Source: a virus. From it: a stretch of 64,000 bases of DNA. This document shows positions 20,960 through 31,008 of the stretch, piece by piece. The stretch lies in the IMG/VR virus record IMGVR_UViG_3300013111_000325, positions 52,898 through 116,897 of that record, one strand, 5' to 3'. Made by a program: the position numbers and the translations under genes. The first letter of the stretch is position 1, and each line of letters begins with the position of its first letter. The notes under the pieces are model-generated. The model was not told the DNA's origin. It worked only from the letters and a program-made list of their open reading frames with translations, and made no database searches.

Positions 20960-20967
20960 TATAAATA
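20960..20967 (+). promoter_or_regulatory. T4-type late promoter
   Basis: TATAAATA directly upstream of the ATG at 20973. Confidence 0.75.
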
Positions 20968-20972
20968 TAGTC

Positions 20973-21383
20973 ATGAAGACATTCAAGAGATTTTGCCGCC
21001 ATGACGTATTGTATATAAATGAAGACATAACAAAATCACAATTAGATCAAATAGAAGCCTATGCTGACCGTCTATTCAAGGCGGTCAACATAGATATAAA
21101 CTTCACTCGCCATTTTCTTGATAGGGTCAACGATGAACGTAACAAGAAACCTATCAACACCGCAGAATTAACCAGACTTTTCAAGCAAACATACAAGAAA
21201 CACGGTAAAAAGATTCCCAAGATGGGTGATGATGCTCAAGCAGTTATTCATGACATGCAGACAGACATCAATATGCCATTTGTTTTAGCGTATGATAATA
21301 GGAGACAAGAGATAGATTTGGTCGCTAAAACAATTATGCGTAAGAAAGACTTTAAGACATCAAATCAGAAGTTGACTGTATGA
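20973..21383 (+). CDS. probable capsid-internal protein
   Basis: MKTFKRF…INE N-terminus; FTRHFLDRVND.RN motif. Confidence 0.65.
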   Translation: MKTFKRFCRHDVLYINEDITKSQLDQIEAYADRLFKAVNIDINFTRHFLDRVNDERNKKPINTAELTRLFKQTYKKHGKKIPKMGDDAQAVIHDMQTDINMPFVLAYDNRRQEIDLVAKTIMRKKDFKTSNQKLTV

Positions 21384-21733
21384 AATCATTTAAAGTATTA
21401 AAACAGAACATAACTGAAGCCAGACAACGAATAGTTTATACGAGAGGAGAAACTCCCCAAGATGCTAAGAAAAAAGATAAAAGCCCTTATTATACTAAAA
21501 CAGTTAAAAATACAACAATAAGAGATTCCTGTCCAAAATGTGGAGGTTCAGGAGACCTTTTGCATTATCGGCATTATAAATCTGGTGAATGTTTTAAATG
21601 TAAAGGAAAAGGAACAGTTATAGTAAAAGCAAAGGAAATTGATTATAAATTTGATGAAAAGAAATGGAAAAAAGACAATCCAGATTATGATGAAAAAGGA
21701 CCTGATTGGTGGAAACAATTACTTATACATTAA
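21380..21733 (+). CDS. probable capsid-internal protein with DnaJ-type Zn finger
   Basis: MKSFKVLKQNITE; CPKCGGSG…CFKCKGKG. Confidence 0.65.
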   Translation: MKSFKVLKQNITEARQRIVYTRGETPQDAKKKDKSPYYTKTVKNTTIRDSCPKCGGSGDLLHYRHYKSGECFKCKGKGTVIVKAKEIDYKFDEKKWKKDNPDYDEKGPDWWKQLLIH

Positions 21734-21742
21734 GAGCATAAA

Positions 21743-22009
21743 ATGAAATCATTTAATAGAATAAAAACTTACAAAGATTTTCTTAAAGAATATGATGACA
21801 GGACTGATCGGTATGTGGCTGATGAAATCAAACGAAGGAAACTTGCAAGAATTACTGTCAATGCAACTGACGATAGAAAGATGATAAAAGGTAAGGCCGA
21901 CTTTACTATGGATCATCATACTGGAAGTTCAACTATTCACGTATATTTGAGAAAGATACCAGGGTCTACAAAAGGTGTGGTTGCTTACAATTACGAACTA
22001 AAATTGTGA
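21743..22009 (+). CDS. probable capsid-internal protein
   Basis: MKSFNRIKTYKDFLKE. Confidence 0.6.
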   Translation: MKSFNRIKTYKDFLKEYDDRTDRYVADEIKRRKLARITVNATDDRKMIKGKADFTMDHHTGSSTIHVYLRKIPGSTKGVVAYNYELKL

Positions 22010-22028
22010 TTAATGGTAAGAGATCAAA

Positions 22029-23492
22029 ATGAAATCATTTAAGTCTTATTTAGCAGAACGCAGAAGAGGTGGAGAAGAGAAGAATCCAAGGGTTTCTGCT
22101 ATTAAGGCACTAGAACCTTATAAGAATGATAAAGATGTTTTCATTACCTATACACAAATTGAAAAGGTAGGTGTCAATCCAGGATCCAGTTATAATACTC
22201 CAAACGGTATCTATACATATCCTCTCAAAGAAGCATGGGAAAAATATTATGTCCCAGGAAAAGGAACTCTTAATGTACCCTTTGCTGGTGATTCCAGTTG
22301 GGTAAATGCAATCAAGATAAAATCAGATGCAAAAGTTATTAGAGATATTGGAGTTTCTTATAGTTCAAAGGAATGGGATGAAGATGTTTTAAAACTAGCC
22401 AAGATTTTTATAGATCATCCTTTTTCCAAGAAAAATTGGGTCCCAATACTAACCATGTTGCAGGGTGTCAATCTGTATGACAAGGTAGAAAAAGATTTTG
22501 TCGGAGTGCGTAAAGATTGGTATTTTGAAAATAGAGAAAATGTAATTTGGAATCTATTTAAGGCTATTAAACAACATGCTATGTATTCCGCATATAGTCA
22601 GACAATCGGTGGACAGATGTGGAATTTGACAAGAGAACTTGCGACCATTATCAAATATACAGAAATGATTGAAATGGATGCTATTGATGGAAATTCAGGA
22701 ATGGACGAATTTGAAATTTCTATTCAAAGATTGGAAAAACCTTTAGATTTATCCGATCAAACAAGAATGTTTTGGTTTAGATTCCATTCTGGATTTAGAA
22801 AAACGGCACCAAATGTCTGGACAGATTTGTGGTTGAAGATGGGATATGGTGGAGTGATTGACCGTTCAGAGAATGGAATAATACACGAAGCAGAACCAAT
22901 ACAAGGTGTGTTCTTTACAACCAAGGCTTTTGATGTTTTGGGCAGGTTCATGAATAAAGGTTACGAGAGAGTGAATATGAAAGGTCTTTATATTTTGAGT
23001 GGTCTTCGTGTGGGTAAGGATGAACTTGTACACAAATTGAAGAATTTTTTACACAAAGATCAATACAAGTCCCTTTGTGCTATTATTATATTTCACAAAA
23101 TAAATCAAATATTGGCAAAGTTTTTAACAAGTATGGGTTCTTCAGGTGATGCTGATCAGATTAGTGCCCAGGCACCAAAATATGTTATTAAAAGGGCTAA
23201 TGATAAAAAGACATGGTTGAAAGTAGACCAATTTGATCCTTTTGTTCCAAATAGTACACGAACAGTAGTTGAATTTTTAGAAAACGAAATAAAAATCTAT
23301 CCTGATAATCATACTCCTTCAAATTCAGTAATGTTTAAATACGATAAAATAATTCCTCCTTTTGCACTAGAAAAAGATTTATCTTCAACTTTAAATAAAC
23401 AGTCTTATATAAAAATGGGAATGATGTTAGATAAATCGGTAACTACCTTATTGAGCAACATGATAGAAGATGTTTTAGGTATAAAAATATGA
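22029..23492 (+). CDS. probable capsid-internal protein, possible ADP-ribosyltransferase fold
   Basis: MKSFKSYLAE; TPNGIYTY and L..MGYGGVID….IIHEAEPIQGVFF. Confidence 0.5.
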   Translation: MKSFKSYLAERRRGGEEKNPRVSAIKALEPYKNDKDVFITYTQIEKVGVNPGSSYNTPNGIYTYPLKEAWEKYYVPGKGTLNVPFAGDSSWVNAIKIKSDAKVIRDIGVSYSSKEWDEDVLKLAKIFIDHPFSKKNWVPILTMLQGVNLYDKVEKDFVGVRKDWYFENRENVIWNLFKAIKQHAMYSAYSQTIGGQMWNLTRELATIIKYTEMIEMDAIDGNSGMDEFEISIQRLEKPLDLSDQTRMFWFRFHSGFRKTAPNVWTDLWLKMGYGGVIDRSENGIIHEAEPIQGVFFTTKAFDVLGRFMNKGYERVNMKGLYILSGLRVGKDELVHKLKNFLHKDQYKSLCAIIIFHKINQILAKFLTSMGSSGDADQISAQAPKYVIKRANDKKTWLKVDQFDPFVPNSTRTVVEFLENEIKIYPDNHTPSNSVMFKYDKIIPPFALEKDLSSTLNKQSYIKMGMMLDKSVTTLLSNMIEDVLGIKI

Positions 23493-25126
23493 TCAAATTT
23501 TCATCTTTTCTAACAGAGACCGCACAAAAAATTAACACAGTTCTATCTCCTGCATTAAGATCCGAAATAAAACAGAGAAATGGTAAAGTATATCAGATTG
23601 GTGGTGCAGTTCGTGATGAACTAATCGGTAAAATATCCAAAGATTTAGATTTACTTGTAACAGGCATAGAAACAGATGAATTGCAGGATATATTAAGCAA
23701 TCATGGCAAAGTGGATGCGGTTGGTAAATCATTCGGTATTCTAAAATTTCAACCAAAAGGGCAGACAGGCGAACCTCTTGATATATCAGTTCCCAGAGTT
23801 GATGTTCAAAGTACAGGAGGCGGCCATAAAGATTTTGAAGTAAAACTTGGTAAAGATATTTCTCTTGAACAAGATCAGTTACGCAGAGACTTCTGGATGA
23901 ATGCTATCGCCAAAGATATTGAAACTGGTGAGATGCATGATATTGAAGGTAAAGGGCAGTTTGATATAGAAAATAAGCAGATTAGCGTGATTAATCCTCA
24001 AGCATTTGATGATGATCCTTTGAGAATGTTGAGAGCAATTCAATTTGCTTCTCGTTTTGGTTTCAGCATAGAACCTGAAACTATGAAAGAGATCAAAAAG
24101 AATGCTGACAAAATTTCAACGATATCAGCAGAGAGATTTCAAGAAGAATTTCGTAAAATGTTTGAAAAATCTGATAATCCGAGTGTTGGTGTTCAATTGC
24201 TATTTGACACAGGTATTGCAAAACTTGTTATACCAAAACTCAAAGAAGTTGATAATTCTGTTGATAAGTTAGATAAAAAAGCATTCCCAGCGTTTCTTGC
24301 AATACTATTTAAAAATTATATGCATAATGCAGGTGAAATGGCCCAGAAAATATTTAAATTGTCTAATGCTGACAGAGTATCAGTTCAGTCTGTTATTGAT
24401 ATGGATAAAAATCTGAAAAATTTAAAAGATCCGATATTTATCGTTAGATTTATGCGAAATAAATCGGAGCAAGAAATAATGAATGTTGATGAATATCTGA
24501 AAACAAAAGGTACAAGAACTATATCAGATTTTGTTAATGAGATGAGAAGACGAAGAATACCCACAAATCTTAAAGAATTAGGTGTAAATGGTCGTGATAT
24601 GATGCGAGAAGGATTTAAAGGTGTTATGATCGGTGATGCTCTACAATGGATGCTTGAATTTGCAGTAAGAACAGGTAAGGCTGAAAAAGGTCTTTTAGTT
24701 CGTAAAGCAAAAGAACATTTTGGTATTAAAGAAACATTCTTTTATGAAGATGTGCAGGGATTTTATGCTTTGACCATAGATCCTAGATCAAAACTGGATA
24801 TTCAACAATATGCAAGTCATGAAATTGTTGTATCGGATCATGTTACTGTTGCATATAAACCAAGCGATCAAGTAGGTGAAATATTGAATTCTATGTTGGG
24901 CAGAACTTATAACATACAAGCACATACCTATATAAGTAATGATAGAATAGATGCGGCAATCGTAGATATACAGGGATTAAAAAGTGATAGAATTGCACAT
25001 ATTACAATATCTCACATAAAAGGCGCAATTCCTGCCGAATCTAATGATTTGATACAAAATTCGCAACATAAAGAAAAAATGAATATGAAATTAAGAGGAG
25101 TGCTAAATTTTTATGCACACACCTAA
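23489..25126 (+). CDS. cca: CCA-adding tRNA nucleotidyltransferase (class II) fused to a C-terminal 2H phosphoesterase
   Basis: GGAVRD, DLDL, RRDFWMNA, DDPLRMLRAIQFASR and ERFQEE; C-terminal HVTV and HITI. Confidence 0.85.
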   Translation: MIKFSSFLTETAQKINTVLSPALRSEIKQRNGKVYQIGGAVRDELIGKISKDLDLLVTGIETDELQDILSNHGKVDAVGKSFGILKFQPKGQTGEPLDISVPRVDVQSTGGGHKDFEVKLGKDISLEQDQLRRDFWMNAIAKDIETGEMHDIEGKGQFDIENKQISVINPQAFDDDPLRMLRAIQFASRFGFSIEPETMKEIKKNADKISTISAERFQEEFRKMFEKSDNPSVGVQLLFDTGIAKLVIPKLKEVDNSVDKLDKKAFPAFLAILFKNYMHNAGEMAQKIFKLSNADRVSVQSVIDMDKNLKNLKDPIFIVRFMRNKSEQEIMNVDEYLKTKGTRTISDFVNEMRRRRIPTNLKELGVNGRDMMREGFKGVMIGDALQWMLEFAVRTGKAEKGLLVRKAKEHFGIKETFFYEDVQGFYALTIDPRSKLDIQQYASHEIVVSDHVTVAYKPSDQVGEILNSMLGRTYNIQAHTYISNDRIDAAIVDIQGLKSDRIAHITISHIKGAIPAESNDLIQNSQHKEKMNMKLRGVLNFYAHT

Positions 25127-25408
25127 TGGAAACGTATTACGAGAAGTACAAGCCTGCTTCCGAATACTTGATAGAATATTATACTTGGGTTGATATACTA
25201 GGAATTGAGAGAAGAGAATTTGATGAACATGCAGAATCAATAGAGAAACATTGTAAAAAATTATATGAGAATTTTGAAAAAGCGGCCAAACGAGAAAAAC
25301 AAAGAGAAGAGAATTCTAAGTCAGCGAGAGTTGCTAAAAAACTTGAGGAATTGAAAATGACAAATGAATTAGTTGAAAAAATCAAATTAAGACAAGAATT
25401 GAAAAGCA

Positions 25409-25816
25409 ATGGATGATAAAGAAAGAAAAGAATTGCAACATACAATGGAAACACAGTTTCGTCATAGTCTGTATTGCGATATTAAGTTTCCCTATTTACA
25501 AAGTCTTGGAATACAAGACATTATTCAAGCATTTGGTAATAAAGAAATTGGTTTTATTGGGGTATTGCATTTAAGATGGGTAAATGAGGATAATAATATC
25601 GTATATGATAAACCAAAAGAATGGCCAGTGAAAGTAAAAGGTGTATGGAAATCTACATGGTACAATACACCTGAGATGGGGCATAAAATAGCAAAAGAAA
25701 TAGAAAGTAAAAAAATTATAGATACTGAGAAAGTGATGATCATGATTCATGAGAAATTTATGAAATATGAAAATATGAAAATGAAATTGGTTGAAAAACA
25801 ACCGCTACTTAATTAG
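25409..25816 (+). CDS. hypothetical protein
   Basis: ORF in the operon frame. Confidence 0.55.
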   Translation: MDDKERKELQHTMETQFRHSLYCDIKFPYLQSLGIQDIIQAFGNKEIGFIGVLHLRWVNEDNNIVYDKPKEWPVKVKGVWKSTWYNTPEMGHKIAKEIESKKIIDTEKVMIMIHEKFMKYENMKMKLVEKQPLLN

Positions 25817-26133
25817 GAGAGATTATGTTACCAATGCTACTGTTCAACGTAGTGTCTGGGTTAGTCATGGACAAGGCCCAAAATCTAGCAAAAGAACATG
25901 TCGGTAAAATGATAGATGACATTCTACCAGACGATGCAAAAGAAGAACTCAATACGATGATTAAAGAAGATCCTGATCATCAGTTTGAGAGTATAGAAGA
26001 TGCATTACATGGTGCAACTGAAGGTAAATTACCTATCAAGAAAGTGACAGGAGAACTCATGCCGATTGAGATGACAGTCACAGTCCGTTTTGATCCCAAT
26101 ACAAAACAATTAGAAATAGTACAGTGAGATAAC

Positions 26134-26601
26134 ATGCAATCGTTATTGAAATGGTGGCTCTTTGTATGTATCACCTTAATAGGTGCTTTTATGGCATTTT
26201 ATTTTGATATACACAAGCACTTATATACTTCTGACCAAACAAAAATTAGTTTGTTAATATTGTTTATATTTGTATGTTCAAGCATATGGATAGGCAATAA
26301 AACATATTCAGTAGCAATTAAACAAGAATCTACATCAAGTGAAGTTGGTTGGTTTATAGCAGAAACTTGCCTTGCATTAGGTATGGTTGGTACAATAATA
26401 GGATTTTTATTGTTGTTAGGTACAACATTTAGCAATATAAATGTGTCAGATGTTACAACATTACAACGTGCTTTGTCGGATATGGCATTGGGTATGAGTA
26501 CGGCTTTGTACACCACTTTGATAGGATTAATTTGTTCTATCCTTATCAAGGTGCAATTGGTGAACTTAGAAGTTGTAATAGATGAGAACCGAAACTCGTG
26601 A
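26134..26601 (+). CDS. MotA/TolQ/ExbB proton-channel family protein
   Basis: LGMVGTIIGF and GMSTALYTTLIGL. Confidence 0.85.
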   Translation: MQSLLKWWLFVCITLIGAFMAFYFDIHKHLYTSDQTKISLLILFIFVCSSIWIGNKTYSVAIKQESTSSEVGWFIAETCLALGMVGTIIGFLLLLGTTFSNINVSDVTTLQRALSDMALGMSTALYTTLIGLICSILIKVQLVNLEVVIDENRNS

Positions 26602-27232
26602 TAAATTTAAATCTACAATAGGATTTATTGATATATTATTTAATATATTGATAGGATTTGCTTTTCTATTCATTATAGCATTTATTCTTATCAAGCCTAA
26701 AGCGAAAAAAGAGGACTTTGAACGTAAAGCAGAATTTATCGTAGTTATGGAATGGGACGGCAATGCACCAGATGATTTTGATTTGTATGTTCAAGATCCT
26801 ACAGGACAAGTTGTACATTTTAGAACTCCTCGTGTAAATTATATGCATCTAGACAAAGATGATTTAGGAAAACGTAATGATACGGTATATAATGCTGATG
26901 GCACGGTTTCAACTGTAAAGATAAACCGAGAAGTAGTAACTATACGAGGAATTATTCCTGGTGAATATATTGTGAATGGGCACTACTATTCTGATTATGA
27001 CTTATTACCTAAAAATGGTTCTATCATAGCAAAGGTTGAAATACATAAAGTAAATCCTTATAAAATTATTTGGGTAGGTGAACATGAATATAATAAAAGA
27101 GGAATGGAACAAACATTTGTTAGATTTAGACTTGATAAGAAAGGAATAGTAGATCGTAATTTCTCATATTTAAAAAAGAGACATGTAACTCCTAATTATA
27201 ATTATAGTTCACCTGAACAGACAGGGCAATAA
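26582..27232 (+). CDS. ExbD/MotB-like TM anchor plus YfaP-like beta domain
   Basis: GFIDILF with Asp at the start of a TM helix; W….DFDLYVQDP.G, LDKDD and GEY.V..HYY. Confidence 0.65.
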   Translation: MRTETRDKFKSTIGFIDILFNILIGFAFLFIIAFILIKPKAKKEDFERKAEFIVVMEWDGNAPDDFDLYVQDPTGQVVHFRTPRVNYMHLDKDDLGKRNDTVYNADGTVSTVKINREVVTIRGIIPGEYIVNGHYYSDYDLLPKNGSIIAKVEIHKVNPYKIIWVGEHEYNKRGMEQTFVRFRLDKKGIVDRNFSYLKKRHVTPNYNYSSPEQTGQ

Positions 27233-27720
27233 TGATTGAACTTTTAATATTTGGTTTATTATTATTGACTATTATTTGTCTATGGTTAATAATAGAGAGA
27301 AGAAAAAATTATGCATTTCTTTTCTATTTTATTCCTTTTTTCTTAATAATAACACTATCAGTTTATTGGACATATACTTCTATTTTAGGATTGTCTAAAA
27401 TAGGATATCCTACGAAAGGACTGTATTTAAGTCATTATGTTGATGAGCCAGATTGGATATATCTGTGGATATTGCAAAAAGGTGTTCCCATATCTTACAA
27501 AATAATATATAATAGGCTTGACCATGAATCACTAGAAGGTGTAAAAGCAGAATCAGAAGAAGGAGAATATATGATGCTATCAAAAATGGATCCAGGTGAT
27601 GGTGATGGAAAAAAAGAAAAAGGGAAAAAAGGTTCAGGGTATACATTAGGTGGAGATATGAATTTTTATAAATGGAAACATCAACAATCCTTATATAGAA
27701 AAGAAAAATCTAATAAATGA
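27232..27720 (+). CDS. two-TM membrane protein coupled to the MotA-like pair
   Basis: TAATG overlap with the upstream gene; N-terminal TM helices. Confidence 0.6.
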   Translation: MIELLIFGLLLLTIICLWLIIERRKNYAFLFYFIPFFLIITLSVYWTYTSILGLSKIGYPTKGLYLSHYVDEPDWIYLWILQKGVPISYKIIYNRLDHESLEGVKAESEEGEYMMLSKMDPGDGDGKKEKGKKGSGYTLGGDMNFYKWKHQQSLYRKEKSNK

Positions 27721-28199
27721 AAGTCAGTAAAAAAGCAAAACTCATAAAGAAGGTGCAGAAGATGGAATTCAATAATCCTGTTATTGTTACGTTAATTGGT
27801 CTTGTAGTTTTTTATATCGGTCTTAAAATGTTTTCAGGTGGTATGAAAGAAATGGGAAATTTAGATCATCTGAACTTCTTTTTGGGTAATCCATACTATA
27901 TGTTTTTAGGCGGTATTATCATGACATTATTATGGCAATCCTCATCCCTATCAACTACTGCAATCATTGCATTGGTCGCATCAGGAGCATTACCGCTCCC
28001 ATCTGCAATAGCATGTGTTCTCGGAGCCAACATCGGTACAACTGGAACTATATGGTTAGCAGGTCTTCTCGTATCTGATGGTATACCCAAAGGAGATACA
28101 TTAAGAATAGCAATGGCTCATACAGGCGCCAATCTATTTATGGCAATAGCATTGCTACCATTTGTCGGTCATTTTGCAAGATATTTAACTCGTTTCTAA
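27717..28199 (+). CDS. Na/Pi cotransporter family, short single-repeat form
   Basis: QSSSLST and GANIGTT. Confidence 0.85.
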   Translation: MKVSKKAKLIKKVQKMEFNNPVIVTLIGLVVFYIGLKMFSGGMKEMGNLDHLNFFLGNPYYMFLGGIIMTLLWQSSSLSTTAIIALVASGALPLPSAIACVLGANIGTTGTIWLAGLLVSDGIPKGDTLRIAMAHTGANLFMAIALLPFVGHFARYLTRF

Positions 28200-28296
28200 A
28201 TTTCCAAATCAATATATAGGAATGAGAGGGAAACTTCTCATTTCTTAAACAAATATAGAAAGGAGGTGTTGGGTTTTTAGTTAAGTTTGATACCGT

Positions 28297-28325
28297 GGTG
28301 GGTGCTTGCGCCCACCTCCTTTTTA
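28297..28325 (+). terminator. intrinsic terminator
   Basis: GGTGGGTG-CTTG-CGCCCACC followed by a T-run. Confidence 0.65.
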
Positions 28326-28599
28326 TTCTATCAGGGAGAATATGCCAGTAGATTTCAAGGTATTAGAGAGATTAATTAATAGACACGAAGAAGTATTTGC
28401 AGAACAGTTACAACCATTAAAGCCCATTAGATGGGGAGATAATTACGAACCTCGACCAAAAAACCCACGCAAACGCAAAAATAAACTACCTAAGGTAGAG
28501 AAAGAGTATTTTAATGACAGAAGAATGGCTATGACCCCCAATACTTGACATTTGCGTTTTATTTGATATAATAAATATAAACATCAAAAGACTATTTTT

Positions 28600-28607
28600 T
28601 ATAAATA
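28600..28607 (+). promoter_or_regulatory. T4-type late promoter; a sigma70-type promoter also lies at 28545-28572
   Basis: TATAAATA; TTGACA-16-TATAAT upstream. Confidence 0.65.
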
Positions 28608-28638
28608 ATGACACCTACCAACTTATCAAAAGGATCAA

Positions 28639-28911
28639 ATGACAGAAAAAACGCAAGATTTTGTAGACAAAATTATGTCTGGAGAACATAACAATGCCCG
28701 TGATATTTTTACAGATATGATAAACGATAGACTGTTACAAGAACTTGAAGCAAAAAGAGTAGAAGTTGCCTCAAATATGTTACCTCAAGATGAAAGAACT
28801 CCTCAAGAATTGGCTTTCAGTAAAGCCCACAATATTCAGTATAGTGAAGTTGATCCTCATTCAGGAGGTCCTACTTTTGCTTCTCAGGCAGAAGAAGACT
28901 ATGATGTTTAA
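28639..28911 (+). CDS. T4-like prohead-core-like small protein
   Basis: FVDKIMSG….A..IF……L..K..EVA..M pattern; late promoter. Confidence 0.5.
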   Translation: MTEKTQDFVDKIMSGEHNNARDIFTDMINDRLLQELEAKRVEVASNMLPQDERTPQELAFSKAHNIQYSEVDPHSGGPTFASQAEEDYDV

Positions 28912-28924
28912 TTAATAGGGAGAT

Positions 28925-29950
28925 GTGAAAACTTTTGTAATTGCTGGTCATTGTGTTAATAATAAAAAAACTCAAATAACAAAAGAATTCATACAAAAGA
29001 TTAGAGACAGTTTTAAGAACTCTAAGATAATGTATGTCGATCATTTGCCATGTCCACGTGATTTGAGTGATATAGTCGATTTCTCTCTGCATGTCAAATA
29101 TAACCCAATTTTGAATTTTGATTTGACAACTGACATAACAGAGAGATTTCATGTTCCTTATTGGGGTGTTTATGATCATAAAAATATAATCAAAACAGTA
29201 CCAAATCATTCATTTGCCCATCATGATTCATTATATCAGGCATTTTTATTTTTATATAATAATGATTTAGGTGAAATAATTCATTTTTTAAATTACGATT
29301 GTAATGAGGATACTTTTGAATCTATTGAATTAAATCATCAAATACTTAGAGATGACAAGGCAAAAGCAGTATTCTTTCCATACAGATATGATTCTGAGCA
29401 AGGGGTGTGTACAGAATTCTTTTCAGTATCAAAATATGCATTAGAAAATATGTTTCTTCATCTAAAAGATTTCGGGTCTTATGAAAATAGAAATATTGTT
29501 CGTGCTACAGATTACAACGTAGAATATACTTATTTTTCTCATTTAAATTATAGAAATATAAAATATCACTTACATGATATGTGGCCAACGAGAGATGGCG
29601 AAGTTGGTAATTCAAACTTTCAAGATATAAATGAAACAGATGAGATCATAGTCAAATACAACAATCCAAACAATAAAATATTGTCAGTCATACCAGTAAT
29701 TGGTTATAAAGATGAATATAAATTGAGAGTTTTTGTAATGCGTTTTGGTAATCAAATAGCAGATAACTTTAATTTTGCATTTTTAGATGCAAACAAAAAT
29801 GCCGTTGGTCAGTGTAATTATTCATTAAAAACAAATGATTTTATGTATGTCGATCCTGTTGAAAATTCAAGATATGTTACAGTAAAATATAATGATTTTA
29901 GACTGACATTTGATTTGTTAGACACTAGAAATTATGGTAAGATAGTATGA
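28925..29950 (+). CDS. paralog 1 of a tandem triplet, possible glycosyltransferase-like enzyme
   Basis: IAGHC, DHLP, NPI, NHSFAHH, HFLNYD and TEFFS. Confidence 0.55.
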   Translation: MKTFVIAGHCVNNKKTQITKEFIQKIRDSFKNSKIMYVDHLPCPRDLSDIVDFSLHVKYNPILNFDLTTDITERFHVPYWGVYDHKNIIKTVPNHSFAHHDSLYQAFLFLYNNDLGEIIHFLNYDCNEDTFESIELNHQILRDDKAKAVFFPYRYDSEQGVCTEFFSVSKYALENMFLHLKDFGSYENRNIVRATDYNVEYTYFSHLNYRNIKYHLHDMWPTRDGEVGNSNFQDINETDEIIVKYNNPNNKILSVIPVIGYKDEYKLRVFVMRFGNQIADNFNFAFLDANKNAVGQCNYSLKTNDFMYVDPVENSRYVTVKYNDFRLTFDLLDTRNYGKIV

Positions 29951-31008
29951 GGCAAACAATAAAAATAGATTATAATAATGAGATACAATATTCGTCTAAT
30001 GCCATAATCATAGGAGCACATTGTCCATCAAAAGATCGTACACAAAGATGTATAGACCTTATCACTCAATTAAAAGATAAGTTTCCAAACTACACTTATT
30101 TTATATGTTCTCATTTAAATATAGACGATGAACTTTTGAATCTAACAGATTATTTCATCTATAATAGGAGTAATGCAGTAATAAATTATGATATTAAAGA
30201 TAAAAGAACAGATTGGAAAGTGTACGGTATATATCAGCCTGGTTTAGGGCAACAAGTAAATAGATCTGTTCATAATAACAGTTATGCCCATTATGTTCAA
30301 GTTTTTGATGGATTATCTATGGCAATAGGTCAAAGAATGTTAAAAATTCATTACATGAGTTATGATGTATCATTTGATGTAATTGATAGAATATCATTAC
30401 ATCGTGATTTTCTAGATCATTACGATGTGGTAAATTATACATTTAGGGATGAAAATTATATCAATTCTGAATTTTTTAGTATTACCAAAGACGGTGCAGA
30501 AAAATCCATCATGAAGAAATTGAGTTTCGATGAGTACATAAACACTGGATTAGGTGATTTTGGTCATGAGAATGTTTATGCTAATATTTTTAAAGATTGT
30601 AAAGTAAAAACAATGGGTCATTTTTATTCTGATGATAGAAAATTCCCTTGGGTAATAGGTGATTTTACTGCTTTACCATTAAATACAAAGAAAGATGGAT
30701 TGTCAGGGCTACCAATATCAATTGATGGTCTAGTAGTAATACCTTATAGAAAAGACAATAGCATCATAATTTGTATAGCAAATGGTTATTACTATGAAAA
30801 TGAAGGAGTAATAGGAAGCGTTGGATTTATTTTTTATGATGAAAAAATGGAGTATGTAGACTCGGCTGGTTCAACAAAATTAGGTTTGCATTATTGGGCA
30901 CAATATTATCCAGATAGCCATGTTAGATATGTGACAATACAAATAAACAATATCACAAGATTGACCTTTGACCTCTTAGATAATAAAAATCATGGTTGGA
31001 TACAGTAG
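29947..31008 (+). CDS. paralog 2 of the tandem triplet
   Basis: IGAHC, SHL, NNSYAHY, HYMSYD and SEFFS. Confidence 0.55.
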   Translation: MRQTIKIDYNNEIQYSSNAIIIGAHCPSKDRTQRCIDLITQLKDKFPNYTYFICSHLNIDDELLNLTDYFIYNRSNAVINYDIKDKRTDWKVYGIYQPGLGQQVNRSVHNNSYAHYVQVFDGLSMAIGQRMLKIHYMSYDVSFDVIDRISLHRDFLDHYDVVNYTFRDENYINSEFFSITKDGAEKSIMKKLSFDEYINTGLGDFGHENVYANIFKDCKVKTMGHFYSDDRKFPWVIGDFTALPLNTKKDGLSGLPISIDGLVVIPYRKDNSIIICIANGYYYENEGVIGSVGFIFYDEKMEYVDSAGSTKLGLHYWAQYYPDSHVRYVTIQINNITRLTFDLLDNKNHGWIQ

